Assembly (NCBI GenBank): GCA_903813345.2 | Contig: CAIIXF020000001.1 | Span: 40,734,001 to 40,798,000 of the forward strand | Direction: 5' to 3' | From: Owenia fusiformis | Lineage: Eukaryota | DNA length: 64,000 bases | Shown: piece after piece, positions 11,968 to 23,580 of the stretch | Layout of the letters: the number at the start of each line of letters is the position of its first letter | Position numbering within the stretch: the stretch's first letter is position 1 | Notes under the pieces: model-generated | Told to the model about the DNA's origin: nothing | Database searches by the model: none | The model's input: only the letters and a program-made list of their open reading frames with translations | Made by a program: the position numbers and the translations under genes

Positions 11968-13445
11968 GTAAGATCATTCCAGCTTTGAACAGATGAAGTG
12001 CCACTTAACACATAGATAAAGCATAAGTAAAAGTGCCTTGTATAAACAATCAAGTCATGATATTATAGCGTATCATGATTTTGCACATGGTTGTGAATTC
12101 TCAGTTTCCATGTAGTCTTCATGATTTATCAAAGGCATAACACTTTAAAGGCACATTGTAACATACAGCCACAAAATAGTTCAAGCATTTTTTCAGGCTT
12201 TAGAGTTGATTTAATGGTTTAAAACCTTCTCTGATGATTCTATTTTCGAACTATGCATGCAGGTCTAATCAAAGTCATCTATTGAACCTTGAAAAGCCAT
12301 ATTTAGACTGAGGATTGAAAAGTGTTCACAACAACTTTCAGCTCATCTTTATTACTATAGACTGGAAGCAAGTTGAGTAAATGGTGATAATTTTTTTTTT
12401 TATGAAGCAGGTCAGTCAAAACATTACAAATAGAAATCATAGTAAGCATTTGAAGATCATTAAGAAGCATTTTAAATTGAATCCACGGCAAATTTGAAAT
12501 AATTAAAATATTCTACACAGACCTCAGAGAAAACACTTCTGGTTTGATAATCCATGATTTTAACGATCAAAAAATATTTTATGATTTTTTTTTATATCTG
12601 ATGAAATATGGTATGTATATTTGTGTTGTCCCAGAAGCAATTTTTTTTATTGCCTAGAATTAGAAATCACAACAGACAACATTTGAAGAACAAAGCAAAA
12701 TATGACAACCCTTCATTATTTTATGTAATTATTATCAAAAGATTTACCCTGTTATTTATTATATTGGTTAACTCAAAATAAACAATACCAATTGGCTGCA
12801 GTGTGAGAATGAATGAGGGCAGTTATAATGGGCATAATTGACTACATTAGAATACCATATCCTATCATGATATTATGAAGATGTACAAAGTTCTTTCCTG
12901 TTTTGCAATTATCTGAACAAGAGGACTGCCTTATTACCAAATCTCGTGTTCAATTCCTATCAATTAAGGAAAATTAAAGCGATGGAAAATAAATGTCTGG
13001 ACTGTCGGGATAATTTTCCTGTTTCAAGCTTTTAGCTTGCACAGAACAATATCATCGTTGTGGGATAAAGTTAATTTGTAATGCCATTTCTTGATCACAT
13101 TTCATTTATTGAATGAAAAATAGCATTCCAGTTGAACTTATTGTTCATTAATCACAGTAGACATGACTGAAACAAGGATTGTTCAGCAAAGATAGAGACA
13201 GGTTAACCTTCATTCAATGGATGAGCTGATAAGACTACATAGGAACACTTCAATTGTAGTATTCTTAATGATTTGGAATATATTACTCAACTGAGGTCAA
13301 TTTTGTTTCAATCAAATTGATTGATTTATGAATCTCAAAATATGTCTTGTACTGTCATATACTTTTTTTGATTTGGTTTGACTTGTTACGTAAAGACTAC
13401 ATTTCATATTGTTACATAACACATATTATGAGAAAATCTGAGTGA

Positions 13446-13781
13446 ATATATAAGCACTAGTTCCAAAGGGAAAGGACCAACAGTTGTAATGGAACTTAGC
13501 AAGAAAAAGCAAACTCATACTCACATATAGCCCAAAACAAGGATCTAACGTGAAAAGAAACAATGTCTAATACCCCCTTTCCCCCCACCATTCAAGAACC
13601 AATATCACAATCCAAGACCAGAAGATCAAGGGACATTTCATCCATACTGAAGTCATTACAATACATGTTGAAGAAAAAATTACAAATTAATAGCCAATAC
13701 TCATAATCTCAAAAATAGTTGTAGATACTCCTACAAGATAGAGCATTCTCAAATGATGTGGAATAGATAAAATCCAGTCTC
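13446..13781 (-). mobile_element. Penelope-like element 3' tail
   Basis: atatataagcactagttccaaagggaaaggacc...gataaaatccagtctc; very similar to 55023-55402. Confidence 0.8.
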
Positions 13782-14407
13782 TCGCGTGTGAATATATATG
13801 AAATCATACGAAATGGTAAAAGACCAAAGAACAATTTAAGACACAACAAGAGAAAGAAACATCAAAGAATGCAACAAACCCCTAATACCTCAAATCACTG
13901 TCAAGCTCGCAATTGTATGATTTGTTGATATGATTGTCAAGATTTATAAAAAACATGGCTCGTGTGAAAAGATTTAAATATCTGATGATAAAAAGTCTAA
14001 ATCAATTGAAAGTGTGCACATCAGTAGCACAAATCAACAGAATGTTCAATTATAAATTTTACTAATTGATGACTGGGAAAGATATTGACTTGGAAAATGT
14101 GCAAAAATGTGAACTGAATATAAAATTAGAACAATTTTTGTGAAGTGAGAAATCAAGACAAAGATCACTGCAGAGGCATCACAATTTGAAACACTCTGAC
14201 AAACAGTGATATAGTAATACAAATATTACATTCTACTTTTGGTGAATACCTGTGACACTTTCAACAGATTGTTATACTTGTGAAAGATTCACAGGTGTTC
14301 ACCTCAATAGAGTGATATTTGTTTACTGTCGTATGATAAACAAAGAAATACTGCCTAAATGCCCGCCATTCCAAATTATTTATTATCATAATTCCACCTA
14401 CAACACC

Positions 14408-14620
14408 AGCCAGGATTTGCCAAGGGGGAGGGGGGGGGGGTTCAGTTTTCAAAAATTTCCAGGGGGGTTCACATTTGACAATTTTGGCCCAAATATGGCT
14501 AAAATCACTTGAGAAGTGCTCAAAATGGTGAAAACTGCATGATTTTGAAATTATTTTGGCCAGGGGGTTCGGGCGAACACTGCGAACCCCCCCCCCCCCC
14601 CCCCTGGCTACGGGCCTCTG
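14408..14620. mobile_element. GC-tailed MITE inserted in a decayed Penelope-like tail
   Basis: gccaggattt plus G tract ... C tract plus tggctacgggcc; tail sequence (gggacatttcattcatattgaagtcattacaat) resumes immediately afterwards. Confidence 0.5.
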
Positions 14621-14793
14621 AGACCATGGGACATTTCATTCATATTGAAGTCATTACAATCCAATTTGAAGGACACATTAGATATACAGGATGTATATTT
14701 TCTGTTTCTATGATAAATATTTTCTCTGAAAGTGTTTAATAACTTCTTCAATTGTTTGTTGAATGCCATGAATAAATCTTTGAAAAACAAGTC

Positions 14794-15360
14794 ACATGAG
14801 TCGGGGTAGGCGGAGCAGGCAGAAATTTCTGGCAATTGATCCTTGTATGGATGGCTTTCATTAACGCATCTGATCCTCACTGGATTTCGTTCTTGGACAG
14901 CCTGATCTAGCATTGTCCTTACCATTTGTTCTACCATCAGTAAATGTCTTAGTCCATTTTGTAAATGGTTCTTTTGGCCATAGCCTCCTTCCCATACAAC
15001 TTAGGTATATCTTCAAATCTTTGTTTTCTTGAATTTCCATGTAAAACATACATCCCAATGCTGCTGAATATTTGTAATTGCTAATCATCATCTTTTGCTC
15101 ATTTTGGAGCCATTTTCACAAAAATAAAATTTCATAAAGTCCGATGTCATAAACCAATATAGGTCACTATCATAAAATCAGTGACGCATGAATCAAAGAA
15201 AGTTCAACTATAATGTCATCATCTAGTATTGACATGGCAATATTAGCTTGTTTTGTATTTTCAAAGATACTTTAAAATATGTTAATGTTACCTCTAACCC
15301 ATATCTTTTATCTAAAATTTTCTGTTTTTCAGTGCTGCTCCACCTACCCCCGACTCGTGT
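14794..15360 (-). mobile_element. Internally deleted mariner element retaining the transposase N-terminal HTH pseudo-ORF (15113 to about 14861)
   Basis: ~28-bp TIR acatgagtcggggtaggcggagcag / ctgctccacctacccccgactcgtgt. Minus-strand translation with two stops and one frameshift gives MAPK*...LYGKEAMAKRTIYK/WTKTFTDGRTNGKDNARSGCPRT, matching the mariner YGxxAxSxRTVxxWxxxFxxGRxxxxDxxRSGRP motif. Confidence 0.8.
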
Positions 15361-17260
15361 TACTATAGCAATCATAACTTTTTTTCTTCAATGACCTATT
15401 ATAATTCAAGACTCATATGTATGAATAGTGTAGTTATACTGAGTGAACATTTCTGTATATAGTTTATTGGGGATTAAGTCTCTACTATAACTATTTTACT
15501 TGAGAATGTGTGTACATTGACATTATTGAAATGAAAGCACATTTATATCAAAGTAGCATAATGCTGTCTACAAGTAAATTGGTTTATTCTGGATTATTTT
15601 CATCTTAGAGATACACTCCAAGTATCAATACAAACTAAGGTCACCTCTGTGAAGTAATTGGTTCTATTAAATATCTGATCTGTTTATTGATACTCATTCA
15701 GATCTTTCTGATAATTATTAGTTATTAGTTCTGCAAAATTATTTCACAGAAAATAGGAATATGAGTGACAAAGACAGCTTTTCACCCATCAGGTTTACAT
15801 GTATTATTTTGTTTTTATGTAAGTGTAACCCAGAGATGATTTTTCATTCATATAATTGTCTTATGTGTATGGTACAAAATGTCTAATTGGAACAAATGCT
15901 TTTTTCATCTTGCCCTTGATATATCATTGAACATAGTTATGAATCATTCATTATTCCCAAAGTGAAAGTACTATTACCTTGTTACTGTATCATGAGTTTT
16001 AATTTATTTTTGTGTCACCATTAAAGAGTTGTGACATTTTCTTATGTCCACCTTTTTTGTGACGGCGGTTGACTATCGACGATCGGCGGTTGGTGTCGTA
16101 ACAAATTTTGGTGATATTTTGCATGCCAATGCCTTGTTAGATTTTATAGTGAATTTGCTTTCCCATAGACTCATTGCATGTAAAAAAAACTGATGAAGCT
16201 GTTAATCTCTTGAATACCAGCCTCTTTTGCCAGTTTTTTAACATTTAGATCCAAATACACAATATGAGATGTTTGATTTCATAAGAATAGTAAATATAGA
16301 CCCATTACATACATTTTAAAACACAATTTGTGGAGTTTGCATAAAAGTTGTCAAACTTAGAGCAGTTTTATTGAAACATTCTGTGACAGATATATCTGTC
16401 GCTCTGGGCTCCCATGGAATTTTATTTGTAACAGAAATATCCATCATTCTGGATATTCAAGAATTTAACTCATTTAATTTCACTGAAACAAAAACCACAT
16501 TTTAATAGCAAACTTATCCAAATAATGCTGTACTAAAAGCATTATAAAATATATAGATAGACAGAGATGGAGGGGACAGGGCTCACCATAAAGCTTTGCA
16601 TGTTCTTTATCTTTATAACTGTCACAACTTGATTGCCCATGGGATCTTTGATTAAGTAAAATTGAGCTACCTATATCCAGTTAATCAAGTTGTTTATGAT
16701 GGGGAAGTAGAAGGTAAAAAATTATGAAATGTTCCCAGGTCCTTATAAACCATAAAAATCAAACCTAATCATCAATAATTGATGCTTGTAGATTGATTTT
16801 ATTTAGAAGGTTCATAGTTGTATGATCAGAAACCATTTTATACATTATAACTATTACATGGAAAGTGTTGACAAAAGCAATGGATATTAGTAGATTAGAA
16901 CAGATTAATAGTTGCCTCAAATGTTGTTCATCAGGGGCACATAGAAGCTGTCTACTCATCCGTCCCTCTGTCCATTGGCCATTCATCTGTTAGGGCAATT
17001 GCTCAAATAGTGTTAATAGATTTGGTTTCAAATTTTCAATATTGCCTCAAATTCTAAATGATTGCCAAAAGTTGTAAAACAGGTAATCTTTGACAACTCA
17101 AATATCAGTTGTGGATTTGGATTTGGTCACTTTTTCAAAAATAAAATTTTTGACTAAGCTAAAATACCATTTGTCAGATGTGGTTCAGATTTAATGTCCT
17201 GACGCCTTATGGGCAAACATCTGCTGAAAAGGAATTTTCAAGATGGCTGCTAATTCAAAT

Positions 17261-20200
17261 AACTAGACTTGGGAAATTGAACGAAGTTCAATTTCAGACT
17301 CCAGATCCAGACTTTTTTAAGCCCAGTCATCTAAAATAAGCCGAGTCATCCAGAATAAGCTGAGTCATCCAGAATAAGATAGATGGATAAAACAGGAAGG
17401 TAGGATAGGATAGAATGGGAAGGAACGATAGGATAGAATAAGAAAGAAGGTTAGGATAGAACAGAATAGGAAGAAAGGATATGATAGGAGAGGATAGGAT
17501 AGGAAGGAAAGGATACGAAGGAAGGATAGGATAGGATCAGATAGGAAGGATGGATGAATTTTTCAATATTTTCTTCTCTACTCTTGACTTTCTATCAGGA
17601 CACCATCAGATCGATTTTCCCAAATTTCAAAACGCCATAACTTCCGAACTGGAAGTCGGATCTAAATTTGATTTAAACATTCAGATTCCTGACAAAATTC
17701 TACCCCTAATTCATAACTCATACATTACATTTGGCGAATTTTTATTTTGACCTACTTTTTGGACACGCCATAACTTCGGAACCGGAAGTCGGATCGAATT
17801 TTGGTTTGCAGATTCGGATTTCTAAGAAAATTCTATTCTTAATTCATAACTCAAATGTTATATTTGGAGAACTTTTTATTTTGACCTACTTCTCGGACAC
17901 CATATCTCAAAAGTGGGTCAAAATACTTTCTGACGGCAAAAGGCTAACGCTATTAGCACACTCTTGGCTACATGTATACACAATTTCGAAGAATATAATT
18001 AAAGTGTAGTGTCAGAATCGCAAAAATAAGAAAAAACTTTGAATTTGACCTAGATTTTGACCTAGGCATTTTGGTGTCCAAATTTTAAAGCTAGATGGCT
18101 TTTGAGGTCTCATTCTTTTAAAAGCTTTCATTATATTTAGCTGAACTTAGTCTATATTTCGTATTTTTCACTTCAAAAAAATCTTTTTTCCCATTGACTT
18201 AACATGGGCTCAAAATTTAGCGATTTTTTAGCTTTCAAAACGCCATAACTTCAGAACTGGAAATCTGATCTAAATTTCGTTTTCAGATTCGGAATCCTGA
18301 GAAAATTTCCTATAAGACTATTATCCTGGACATTTGATTCGGATTTTTTTGGACCTCGTTTTCGGACACCGATATCTCGAAATCGGTTTGAGATATCAAA
18401 AAACTAAATCGACATTCTTAATACTACTTTTTTATCAGGAACACAATGAAAGAAAAACGGATCAAAAATATTGAAGGACGACTGAGAAAATCGAAAAAAG
18501 TGACAAAGTACTGGATTTGACCTAGTTCTTGACCTTTGACCTAGATAAAAATTTGACCCAATTTCCCACCAACTAGATACTGAACCTAAATAAACTGTAT
18601 TATGGTCTTTACTGGATACCCCATAGTAACTGAAAAAACTCCCAAAGAAGAATAATAACTAGACTTTGGAAATTGAACGAAGTTCAATTTCAGACTCCAG
18701 ATCTAGACTTTTTTTAAGCCCAGTCATCTAAAATAAGCCGAGTCATGGAGAATAAGCTGAGTCATCCAGAATAAGATGGATGGATAAAATTGGAAGGTAG
18801 GATAGGATAGAATGGGAAGGAACGATAGGATAGAATAAGAAAGAAGGATAGGATAGAACAGAATAGGAAGAAAGGATATGATAGGAGAGGATAGGAAGGA
18901 TAGGAAAGAAAGGATACGAAGGAAGGATAGATAGGAAGGATAGGATAGGATCAGATAGGAAGGATGGGTGAATTTTTCAATATTTTCTTCTCTACTCTTG
19001 ACTTTCTATCAGGGTACCATCAGATCGATTTTCCGAAATTTCAAAACGCCATAACTTCCGAACCGGAAGTCGGATCTAAATTTGATTTAAAGATTCGGAT
19101 TCCTGACAAAATTCTACCACTAATTCATAACTCATACGTTAAATTTGGCGAATTTTTATTTTGACCTACTTTTTGGACACGCCATAACTTCGGAACCGGA
19201 AGTCGGATCGAAATTTGGTTTGCAGATTTGGATTCCTGACAAAATTCTTCTCTTAATTCATAACTCATACGTTAAATTTGGAAACTTTTTATTTTGACCT
19301 ACTTTTCGGACACGCCATAACTTCCGAACCGGGAGTCGGATCGATATTTAGTTTGCAGATTCGGATTCCTGACAAAATTCTACCCCTAATTCATAACTCA
19401 TACGTTAAATTTGGAGAACTTTTTATTTTGACCTACTTTTCGGACACCATATCTCAAAAGTGGGTCAAAATACTTTCTGACGGCAAAAGGCTAACACTAT
19501 TAGCACACTCTTGGCTACATGTATACACAATTTCGAAGAATATAATTGAAGTGTAGTGTCAGAATCGCAAAAATAAGGAAAACCTTTGAATTTGACCTAG
19601 ATTTTGACCTAGGAATTTTTGTGTCCAAATTCTGAAGCTAGATGGCTTTTGAGGTCCCCTTCTTTTGAAGGCTTTCATTAAATTAAGCTGAACTCAGTCT
19701 ATATTTCGTATTTTTCACTTCAAAAAAATCTTTTTTCTGACTTAACATGGGCACAAAATTTAGCGATTTTTGAGTTTTCAAAACGCCATAACTTCCGAAC
19801 CAGAAGTCGGATCGAAATTTGGTTTGTAGATTTGGATTCCTGACAAAATTCTACCCCTTATTCATAACTCATACATTGAATTTGGAGCACGTTTTGGTGT
19901 GACCTACTTTCTGGACGCCATATCTCAAAATCGGTTTGAGATATCTAAAAAATAAATCGACCCTAGCTTTCCTACTTTTTTATGAGGAACACAATGAAAA
20001 AAACCTGGATCAAAAATATTGAAGGACGACTGAGAAAATTGAAAAAAGTGACAAAGTACTGGATTTGACCTAGTTCTTGACCTTTGACCTAGATAAAAAT
20101 TTGACCCAATTTCCGAGAAACTAGATACTGGACCTAAATTGACCATATACAGGACTTGACTCAATGTCTTCTAGTTATTGAGAAAACGCGTAGAGAAAAA

Positions 20201-21676
20201 TAATAATAATAACTAGACTTTGGAAATTGAACGAAGTTCAATTTCAGACTCCAGATCTAGATTTTTTTAAGCCCAGTCATCTAAAATAAGCCGAGTCATC
20301 CAGAATAAGCTGAGTCATCCAGAATTAGATGGATGGATAAAATAGGAAGGTAGGATAGGATAGAATGGGAAGGAACGATAGGATAGAATAAGAAAGAAGG
20401 ATAGGATAGAACAGAATAGGAAGAAAGGATATGATAGGAGAGGATAGGAAGGATAGGAAGGAAAGGATACGAAGGAAGGATAGATAGGAAGGATAGGATA
20501 GGATAGGATCAGATAGGAAGGATGGATGAATTTTTCAATATTTTCTTCTCTACTCTTGACTTTGTATCAGGGTACCATCAGATCGATTTTCCGAAATTTC
20601 AAAACGCCATAACTTCCGAACCGGAAGTTGGATCGAAGTTTGATTTAAAGATTCGGATTCCTGACAAAATTCTACCCCTAATTCATAACTCATACGTTAA
20701 ATTTGGCGAATTTTTATTTTGACCTACTTTTCGGACACCATATCTCAAAAGTGGATCAAAATACTTTCTGACGGCAAAAGGCTAACACTATTAGCACACT
20801 CTTGGCTACATGTATACACAATTTCGAAGAAAATTATTGAAGTGTAGTGTCACAATCGCAAAAATAAGGAAAACCTTTGAATTCGACCTAGATTTTGACC
20901 TAGGCATGTTGGTGTACAAACTTTGAAGCTAGATGGCTTTTTAGGTTCCCTTCTTTTAAAAGCTTTCATTAGATTAAGCTGATCTCAGTCTATATTTCGT
21001 ATTCTTCACTTCAAAAAAATCTTTTTTCCCATTGACTTAACATGGGCACCAAATTTAGCGATTTTTGAGCTTTTAAAACGACATAACTTCCGAACCGGAA
21101 GTCGGATCGAAATTTGGTTTGCAGATTCAGATTCCTGACAAAATTCTACCCCTAATTCATAACTCATACCCTGAATTTGGAGAATTTTTGTTTTGACCTA
21201 CTTTCTGGACGCCATATTTCAAAATCGGTAAGAGTAATTAAAAAAAAACAGGGACACTTATGAAAGGGCTTTTTCTAAGCTACATGATGAAAAAAAGACA
21301 GAGACATTTCGATAAATAACGACGAAGATAATTGATAGAATGATGAAAATGTAAGATTTGACCTAGTTCTTGACCTTTGACCTAGATAAAAAATTGACCC
21401 AATTTCCGAGAAACTAGATACTGGACCTAAATTGACCATATACAGGACTTGACTCAATATCTTCTAGTTAAGGAGAAAACGTGTTAAGAAAAATAATAAT
21501 AATAAAGAAGAATAATGACGAAAGTAATAGACTCCAGATTTACATCTGGAGTCTAATAATAATAAAGAAGAATACTGACGAAAACAATAGACTCCAGATT
21601 TACATCTGGAGTCTAATAAGAATAAGAATACTGGCAAAAACAATAGACTCCAGATTTTCAATCTGGAGTCTAATAA
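17261..21676 (-). mobile_element. Three nested/stacked Helentron-associated (HINE-like) elements, family 1
   Basis: Three bodies begin at 17261, 18657 and 20211, each with aactagac plus hairpin gaaattgaacgaagttcaatttc plus agactccagat, a GGATA-type microsatellite and ~122-bp core repeats. Three ~60-bp heads carrying hairpin agactccagat..atctggagtct lie at 21491-21676. On the minus strand this reads as a TTATTAG.. 5' hairpin and a hairpin+CTAGTT 3' end. Confidence 0.85.
17385..17555 (+). repeat. Purine-rich GGATA/GGAA microsatellite inside the HINE (also about 18780-18965 and 20330-20525)
   Basis: Direct reading: ggataggataggaagga... in all three bodies. Confidence 0.9.
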
Positions 21677-23505
21677 TAAGGCAAAAAGCAAATTTGGTCC
21701 TAATTTCAAGGCTAATGCTGTGTGGTCACACAACCTCTCCCAAAGAATGTATTCATGATATGAGGTAACACTATGTCATAATTGTTTTTTGTAGATTATG
21801 CATCAGACAATACTTAACTGTTATATCATATTATGTTCAAACTGGTGAATGATTTTAAAGAATGGGTTTTGTGAGGTGCGATTTGCAACTCTGATAAAAC
21901 CTGTTTTTCACTTATGGAATGCATACTTTGGAAAACAGCAGTCTGAAATTGTGTTCCTTCTTTTTCTGTTACAGAGGCCATACTCGTACTCTGTAAAACA
22001 GATTATTGCTATATTATAGCTATCAAATTCATAGAGAAATGTATTTCCTTCAAATTACAATGGAAATCTCTGCCATTTTATAAAAAGTAGCCATATATTA
22101 TTTCCAACCAAATATGAACTAAGTTGCCTCTAAATTTTCGAGCCCAACAAGACAGGATTTGAAGGTTGACTCTACTACTGGACTTTATTTAACAGATTAT
22201 GACCTGTCGTAGATATTAATAATGCATTGGACTTAATATTAGCCACATGTTTACTACAGATTTATAATAATGATGTATTATTGTAAAGCAATAAGACACA
22301 AGTTTGGAACCTTACCATCAGTTCTAGGAGTCAGATTTAACTATCACATTTCTTGTATTATGCTCTGTCATTGTCATTTGAAACCTTTTGTTTCTGAAGC
22401 CCTGGAATCGGTGATTTTCTTTTGTTGTTATAAGCATAGCTTTGATCTTGGATAACATTCCCTTGATGATTCAGTTAATTAAGACGTGATGTTAACTCAT
22501 TCTGTATTTACTGGTTTTGCCCTTTGGTGATCTCTGACAGTGGAAAATCTTATCACTTTAATAATGGATTTATTAAATCAAAGAGAAGCATTTCCCAATT
22601 TATGACAGGGTGGATTGCCATGTTATTGAAACATTGTTAATCATATTGACAGCTCTTTGTCAAAAATGGATTAAGGTGATATTTAACTGTTGTGCAAAAT
22701 ATAATGTAGTCTCAAAAAGTTTAAAAAGCTTAAATGTTATTTTATTTATTTACTCAACTGAGTAAAAATGCAAAAAGTAATTTAAGTAGAGGAATGATTT
22801 TGTTTGGAAAAATGTTTTAAAAAGCACTATTCTTACTATTGAAATGGATTCTCGCAATACTATCCAGCCTGACTCTCTACTAAATTCATGTGGGAGAGTA
22901 TTGGTGGAATCCATTTTCAATAGTAAGAACAGAGGTTCTCAAAGAGGACATTGAAACTTAACTAATCTCTTTTTGACAATCTTAGTAAGCTTTATTCCAT
23001 ATTATGTGACCTTCAATCTTTTTATTACCTAGAGAGTAATAATTCTAAGAATCAAGAACTCATATTAAAATCCAAGTGATATGAATGTGATATGATGTTC
23101 CCCTAATGCTTCTTGTTTAAAACAATATATTACTGAAAGTATATTAACACAACACATCAACATGGCTTCTTCACATGGCAACCATTCAAGTGAAGATTGC
23201 TTTGTTTGTTGTAACCTCATTGACCATAATGGTTTGAGGCTATGAACCATATAGAAAATGGTTTAGGAATTGAATCAAAATTATAGACATTATATTATTA
23301 GGAGAATGCAACCCTTTGATCACTTGTGACGTTTCTTTATCTAAAAATATCATTTTGTCCTTCAAGGTTGGGTTGTGATTGGTGGAAATGGATTTGGATT
23401 GCTATTTTATGTTTTATGCCTTTTGTGTTTTCTCATTACATTATGACATATTCTTCAATGTTTTCATATTGATTTGGTAATGTTATTTCATGTTTTCTTT
23501 TGCAG

Positions 23506-23580
23506 CATGATACATTTGGTACAAATCGATCAGTGTAATTATGTAAAGGGTTTTGTCAAGACACTTCTCAGGTGGATAAG
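23506..23580 (+). CDS. Candidate symmetric exon (phase 2-2, 75 nt)
   Basis: tgttttcttttgcag| ... AAG|gtttgt; open frame MIHLVQIDQCNYVKGFVKTLLRWI(R/S). Short enough to be chance. Confidence 0.25.

Noticed and set aside
14608..14860. SAYPDSCDLFF read as the mariner YSPDLAP-CDF motif
   Set aside because: That stretch is the terminal inverted repeat plus flank, so the similarity is probably coincidental.
17550..20722. Repeated 66-92 aa ORFs (MDEFFNIFF..., ...AITSEPEVGS...)
   Set aside because: Translations of HINE core repeats; frames are not preserved across units and there is no domain signal.
21491..21676. 60-bp periodic palindromic repeats resembling a CRISPR array
   Set aside because: The intervening sequences are near-identical rather than unique spacers, there are no cas genes, the context is eukaryotic, and the repeats are explained as stacked HINE heads.
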